Below, piece by piece: positions 59,832 to 64,000 of a stretch of 64,000 nucleotides of DNA (the first letter of the stretch is position 1; each line of letters opens with the position of its first letter). Under the pieces are notes generated by a model that worked only from the letters and a program-made list of their open reading frames with translations, was not told the origin of the DNA and made no database searches. The DNA comes from Armatimonadota bacterium. Its GTDB lineage: Bacteria; Armatimonadota; UBA5829; DTLH01. A program made the translations under genes and the position numbers. The stretch lies in the NCBI GenBank assembly GCA_038207085.1, contig JBBRAE010000003.1, positions 108,383 to 172,382 of the forward strand, read 5' to 3'.

Positions 59832-60587
59832 TTACTCTCCTCCTTCGGGCGTCTGCGCTTCAGGAGCGCCGCCCGTGACCGCTTTGGATGCAGCCGGGGC
59901 GGTTTCTACCTTCTTCGCCCGCTTCGGCTTTGCGGCATCGGCCTTCACGGCACGTCTCGGAGCCTTGGCGACTGTCTTTGCAACAGCCTTGCCGCGCTTC
60001 GAAATCTTGGACTCCTGCTCGCCCTCGGCCAGGCCGATAGTGATGTGGCTGGTGCGCTTCAGAATCCTGTAAGCGCGCCCCATCGCCCTCGGGCTGATCC
60101 TTTTAAGGGCCGGGCCGTCGTCCACGTGAACATGCATAACTTCCAGCTTGTCAGGGTCCATCCGGTGGTTGTTCTCGGCGTTAGCCGTTGCGGATTTGAC
60201 GAGCTTGGCTACTGTTTTTGCAGCCGAGTTCGGGACAAACTGCAGGATTGCCAGCGCATCGGCGACGGTTTTGCCGCGGATTGCATCCACGACGAACCGA
60301 CACTTGCGCGGGGAGATCCTAACATACTTGACCACCGCTACCGGAGCCTGGACAACACTAACCGCGAAATCACGGCTGTACCTGTCCTTCAGGCCCTGCT
60401 CGAGGCACGCTACGATCGAATCACGTCCTTTGTCTCGTTCGACAACGAACCGATCCGCTTTATCTGGAGTGTGCAGCGATACGCTGCAGCCGCCGTCTTT
60501 CGGGACGACAACCCCTACTCTCCAAACTCGCAGCCCGCCTACTTGTCTTCTCACATAATCGCGAACCCTCGCGACTGAAGCTTCCAT
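59832..60587 (-). CDS. rplV: 50S ribosomal protein L22 with N-terminal KH-like domain and Ala/Lys-rich tail
   Basis: Core YVRISPRK...[10 protein letters not shown]...[19 protein letters not shown] begins near residue 82. AGGAG RBS 8 nt before the ATG at 60587. Confidence 0.93.
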   Translation of the reverse strand: MEASVARVRDYVRRQVGGLRVWRVGVVVPKDGGCSVSLHTPDKADRFVVERDKGRDSIVACLEQGLKDRYSRDFAVSVVQAPVAVVKYVRISPRKCRFVVDAIRGKTVADALAILQFVPNSAAKTVAKLVKSATANAENNHRMDPDKLEVMHVHVDDGPALKRISPRAMGRAYRILKRTSHITIGLAEGEQESKISKRGKAVAKTVAKAPRRAVKADAAKPKRAKKVETAPAASKAVTGGAPEAQTPEGGE

Positions 60588-60607
60588 CTGCTAATCTCCT
60601 AAACGAC

Positions 60608-60892
60608 TTACCTGAGCCCGGTCTTGCGTTCTGTCTGACCGGCATGGCCCCGGTAAAGTCGCGTAACGGCAAACTCACCAAGCTTGTGTCCGACCATGTT
60701 CTCGGTGATAAACACCGGAACATGTTTTCGTCCATCGTGCACTGCGAGCGTGTGACCGATCATCGAAGGAAAGACGGTTGATCTTCTCGACCAGGTCTTG
60801 ATGATCCGCTTCTCGCCTTTCGCATTCATGTCATCAATCTTCTTAAGGAGCTTCTCTTCAGCATACGGCCCCTTTTTAAGCGATCTAGCCAC
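60608..60892 (-). CDS. rpsS: 30S ribosomal protein S19
   Basis: RSLKKGP, KTWSRRS and MVGHKLGEF. Confidence 0.97.
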   Translation of the reverse strand: MARSLKKGPYAEEKLLKKIDDMNAKGEKRIIKTWSRRSTVFPSMIGHTLAVHDGRKHVPVFITENMVGHKLGEFAVTRLYRGHAGQTERKTGLR

Positions 60893-60904
60893 CGGCTATT
60901 CCTC

Positions 60905-61732
60905 CTACTTATTTCTTCTTCTGACAATCATCTTGTCGGACTGCTTTTTCTTCCTGGTCTTGGCGCCAAGCGCTGGCTTGCCCCAAGGCGACATAGGAGT
61001 CTTGCGTCCGATCGGCGACTTGCCCTCACCACCACCGTGCGGATGGTCTCTCGGGTTCATAGCCACACCACGAACCGTCGGACGGATACCGAGCCATCTA
61101 TTCCTACCGGCCTTGCCGAGGGAGATGTTCTCATGATCCAAGTTTCCGACCTGTCCGATCGTAGCCACGCACGTCTGAAGGACGTTGCGCATCTCCCCCG
61201 ATGGGAGTCGAAGCGTCGCGTACTTGCCTTCCTTTGCCATCAGCTGAACACCGCTTCCGGCGCTCCTCGCCATCTGTCCACCCTTGCCGGGGGTCAGCTC
61301 CACATTGTGGACGACCGTACCAACAGGGATGTTAGCAAGCGGAAGAGCGTTGCCCGGGCGGATATCCGCCGTGGTGCTCCTGAGGATCGCATCTCCCACT
61401 TTTACGCCAAGCGGCGCGAGGATATATCTCTTCTCGCCGTCTACGTAAAAAATCAGCGCGATTCTCGCTGAGCGGTTCGGATCGTACTCGATCGCGGCAA
61501 CCTTGCCAGGGACATCGACCTTATCCCTCTTGAAATCTATGATTCGGTACTGGCGCTTATGGCCACCACCGACGTGCCTCATCGTCAACTTGCCCTGGCT
61601 GTTTCGCCCGCCGGTCCTCTTGATCGGCTTGACGAGCGACTTCTCGGGCTCTTTCTTCGTCACTTCCTCGAACGTCGATACTGTGAAGTATCTGCGGCCC
61701 GGCGAAGTAGGCTTAAACTGTTTCAGTGCCAC
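60905..61732 (-). CDS. rplB: 50S ribosomal protein L2
   Basis: [19 protein letters not shown] and [12 protein letters not shown] start. Confidence 0.97.
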   Translation of the reverse strand: MALKQFKPTSPGRRYFTVSTFEEVTKKEPEKSLVKPIKRTGGRNSQGKLTMRHVGGGHKRQYRIIDFKRDKVDVPGKVAAIEYDPNRSARIALIFYVDGEKRYILAPLGVKVGDAILRSTTADIRPGNALPLANIPVGTVVHNVELTPGKGGQMARSAGSGVQLMAKEGKYATLRLPSGEMRNVLQTCVATIGQVGNLDHENISLGKAGRNRWLGIRPTVRGVAMNPRDHPHGGGEGKSPIGRKTPMSPWGKPALGAKTRKKKQSDKMIVRRRNK

Positions 61733-61844
61733 TGGAAATTCCTCCCGGCTATACCGAAACCGAGTTGCGAGTCGAGAGTTGAAATTTCTAAGTAAGCGCC
61801 CTCGGGCACCACTCAGCACTCAGCACTCTGTACTCTAAACTCAG

Positions 61845-62135
61845 TTAAACTCCTTCAAAAATCTCGATGCGCGATCCGGGCGCTAGCGTTACATAAGCCT
61901 TCTTGGTATCCGGGCTCATTCCCTTGGGGAATTTCCCGACCCTTCTCGACTTGCCCTTCACGGTTACCGTGTTCACCTTGGCCACCTTGACGTTGAATAT
62001 CTTCTCAACGGCGCCGCGGATCTCGATTTTGTTTGCATCCTTTGCGACTTCGAAGGTGTACTTGTTCTCGGCCACGCCGGACATGCTCTTCTCAGTAACG
62101 ATCGGACGCGTCACTATGGTATATGCGTCTCTCAC
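61845..62135 (-). CDS. rplW: 50S ribosomal protein L23
   Basis: PIVTEKS, ANKIEI and KKAYVTL. Confidence 0.96.
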   Translation of the reverse strand: MRDAYTIVTRPIVTEKSMSGVAENKYTFEVAKDANKIEIRGAVEKIFNVKVAKVNTVTVKGKSRRVGKFPKGMSPDTKKAYVTLAPGSRIEIFEGV

Positions 62136-62758
62136 TTTGAAAACGCCTCCTCAAGTCTGACCGCTGCGGCTTTGGTTAGAACCACCCGATCGCTGTCCAG
62201 CACCTCGGAGATCGAGAGCGCCGGAGCGATTCGAAGCGTAAGGCCGGGAATGTTGCGAATCGACTTGACGAGCGCCTCGCTCACTTCGGTCGTCGCAAAA
62301 AGAATCCTGCCTTCAAGGCCAAGCCTCTTAAGAGTCTCCGCCATCTTCTTGGTGCTGATTTCGGTCACCTGCAGATCGTCAAGGATCATAACCTCGCCGT
62401 CAGCAAGCTTCGCCGAAAGAGCGCTGCGCAGTGCCGCATGTCTCATTTTCTTGGGCATCCGCTGCTCGTAGCTTCTTGGATGCGGGCCCCAAACGACTCC
62501 ACCACCGGGCCAGTGCGGAGCTCGGATGCTCCCCTGTCTCGCGCGGCCGGTGCCTTTCTGTCTGAAAGGCTTCCTTCCGCCGCCTGCGACTTCAGCGCGG
62601 GTCTTGGTGTCAGCGGTTCCCATTCTCTGGTTTGCGAGCTCTTCTACAACCGCCTGGTGCAGCAGCGGAATATTACGCTCCGCGCCGAACACTTCGGCCT
62701 TCAGTTCGAGCTCTCCAACCTTGTCGCCGTTCAAAGATACCAGGGTTACCGTAGGCAT
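62132..62758 (-). CDS. rplD: 50S ribosomal protein L4
   Basis: [27 protein letters not shown]. Confidence 0.97.
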   Translation of the reverse strand: MPTVTLVSLNGDKVGELELKAEVFGAERNIPLLHQAVVEELANQRMGTADTKTRAEVAGGGRKPFRQKGTGRARQGSIRAPHWPGGGVVWGPHPRSYEQRMPKKMRHAALRSALSAKLADGEVMILDDLQVTEISTKKMAETLKRLGLEGRILFATTEVSEALVKSIRNIPGLTLRIAPALSISEVLDSDRVVLTKAAAVRLEEAFSK

Positions 62759-62759
62759 C

Positions 62760-63392
62760 CTACTCCCCCTTTTCCATCTTACGAAGTACCACGATGCCGC
62801 CGGTAGCTCCCGGCACCGCACCGCGTACTAAAACTATGTTTCGTTCCGAGTCGACCCGAACGATTGTCAGCCTGCGGACCGTAGCGGTCACGCCACCCAT
62901 CCGTCCAGGACGTTTTACGCCCTTGAACGTCCTAGCAGCATCAGTAGCACCACCGGACTGCGGTTTACGGTGGACCATCGAACCGTGGGTTTGATCTCCA
63001 CCGTGGAAGTGCCATCTCTTCATAGCTCCCGCGAAGCCCTTACCCTTGCTCGTGCCCGTAGCCGCAATCTTGTCCCCAGCTGCAAAAACCTGATCAGCCT
63101 TGACTTCCTGCCCAACTACCAGTTCGTCGTCTCCGACGGTCGGAAGCTCCCGCAGGTATTTGACCGGCTTTACGCCGCCCTTATTCAGGTGCCCGAGCTC
63201 CGGCTTGGTCAGCTTGGACTCCTTGACGGCCATATAGCCGACCTGGACGCCTTCGTAACCGTCAGTTCCAACCGTCTTCTTCTGAGTCACAACTACGGGC
63301 TCAGTAGAAATAACGGTCACCGGTATGAGCTTTCCTGATTCGTCAAAGATCTGGGTCATCCCCAGTTTCTTGCCCAGAATCGCCTTTAGCAT
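62760..63392 (-). CDS. rplC: 50S ribosomal protein L3
   Basis: GKKLGMTQIF, SKGKGFAG and RGAVPG. Confidence 0.97.
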   Translation of the reverse strand: MLKAILGKKLGMTQIFDESGKLIPVTVISTEPVVVTQKKTVGTDGYEGVQVGYMAVKESKLTKPELGHLNKGGVKPVKYLRELPTVGDDELVVGQEVKADQVFAAGDKIAATGTSKGKGFAGAMKRWHFHGGDQTHGSMVHRKPQSGGATDAARTFKGVKRPGRMGGVTATVRRLTIVRVDSERNIVLVRGAVPGATGGIVVLRKMEKGE

Positions 63393-63486
63393 TGTTCACT
63401 CCTGGGTGCTCCTACGTTGGGTGCTGGGTGTTGGAACGAGTTGCCCCATGCCGACACCTAACACCTAACGCAAAACACCAATCAAA

Positions 63487-63795
63487 CTACAGCTTGATTT
63501 CAATATCGACGCCGCTCGGCAGATCGAGCCGCATCAGCGCGTCGATCGTCTTAGGCCCCGGATTCAGAATGTCGATCAGTCGCTTGTGCGTCCTGACCTC
63601 AAAGTGCTCCATCGACTCTTTGTCGATGTTCGGACCGCGGTTCACGCAGTAAATGTCCTTCTCTGTGGGAAGGAGCACCGGACCGGATATTCTTGCGCCA
63701 GTCCGTCTTGCGGTCTCCACGATCCTTTCGGCCGACTGATCCAGCACTCTGTGATCGAACGCCTTAAGCCGAATCCTTACCTTGTCTTTGCGCAT
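63487..63795 (-). CDS. rpsJ: 30S ribosomal protein S10
   Basis: [17 protein letters not shown] and [11 protein letters not shown]. Confidence 0.97.
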   Translation of the reverse strand: MRKDKVRIRLKAFDHRVLDQSAERIVETARRTGARISGPVLLPTEKDIYCVNRGPNIDKESMEHFEVRTHKRLIDILNPGPKTIDALMRLDLPSGVDIEIKL

Positions 63796-63812
63796 CGTAA
63801 CTCCTTAGCCTC

Positions 63813-63845
63813 CGTTCATCGGTCCGGCATGCGGACCGATGAACG
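63813..63845. other. Perfect 14-bp hairpin between tuf and rpsJ
   Basis: CGTTCATCGGTCCG-gcatg-CGGACCGATGAACG. Confidence 0.6.
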
Positions 63846-63858
63846 TTTGCTGAATAGC

Positions 63859-64000
63859 TTACTGAAGAATCGTACTAATAACGCCAGCTCCGACGGTGTG
63901 TCCACCTTCTCGGATAGCGAACCTAAGACCCTCTTCCATTGCGATCGGCACGATCAGCTCGCCGATGATGGAGATGTTATCCCCAGGCATAACCATCTCA
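63859..64000 (-). CDS. tuf: Elongation factor Tu, 3' end only (runs off the window)
   Basis: Manual translation [46 protein letters not shown]. Confidence 0.95.
   Translation of the reverse strand, partial: EMVMPGDNISIIGELIVPIAMEEGLRFAIREGGHTVGAGVISTILQ

Overview
Bacterial chromosomal window of moderately high GC, made mostly of core genes. Gene content and order look Terrabacteria-like, possibly Armatimonadota, which is an inference and not a search result. In order along the window: (1) minus-strand coaE, rpsA, polA and sppA; (2) tRNA-Leu(CAA), a secreted DUF4412-like protein, argJ and argC; (3) a minus-strand dcw cluster transcribed mraZ-rsmH-ftsL-ftsI-murE-murF-mraY-murD-ftsW-murG-murC, ending in a PAP2 phosphatase; (4) a Rex-led operon for a trimeric electron-bifurcating [FeFe]-hydrogenase plus a PAS-containing sensory [FeFe]-hydrogenase and a SpoIIE-like phosphatase, flanked by a multi-sensor RsbW/RsbT-like kinase and a PAS-PAS-PP2C phosphatase; (5) a cupin, an NlpC/P60 hydrolase, a deletion-scarred GNAT/PIG-L remnant and a DegT aminotransferase + Gfo/Idh/MocA pair; (6) the S10-spc-alpha ribosomal cluster with the 3' end of tuf. 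The most unusual observations are an uL22 with an ~80-aa N-terminal domain resembling a degenerate copy of the uS3 KH domain, a divergent EF-G paralogue inserted between rplE and rpsN followed by an internal near-consensus promoter, a densely paired ~145-nt multibranch RNA structure between murE and murF, a covarying 54-bp inverted-repeat doublet between hydA and hydS, and heptamer-repeat hairpins in many intergenic spacers. All assignments come from motif recognition by eye, with no database searches.
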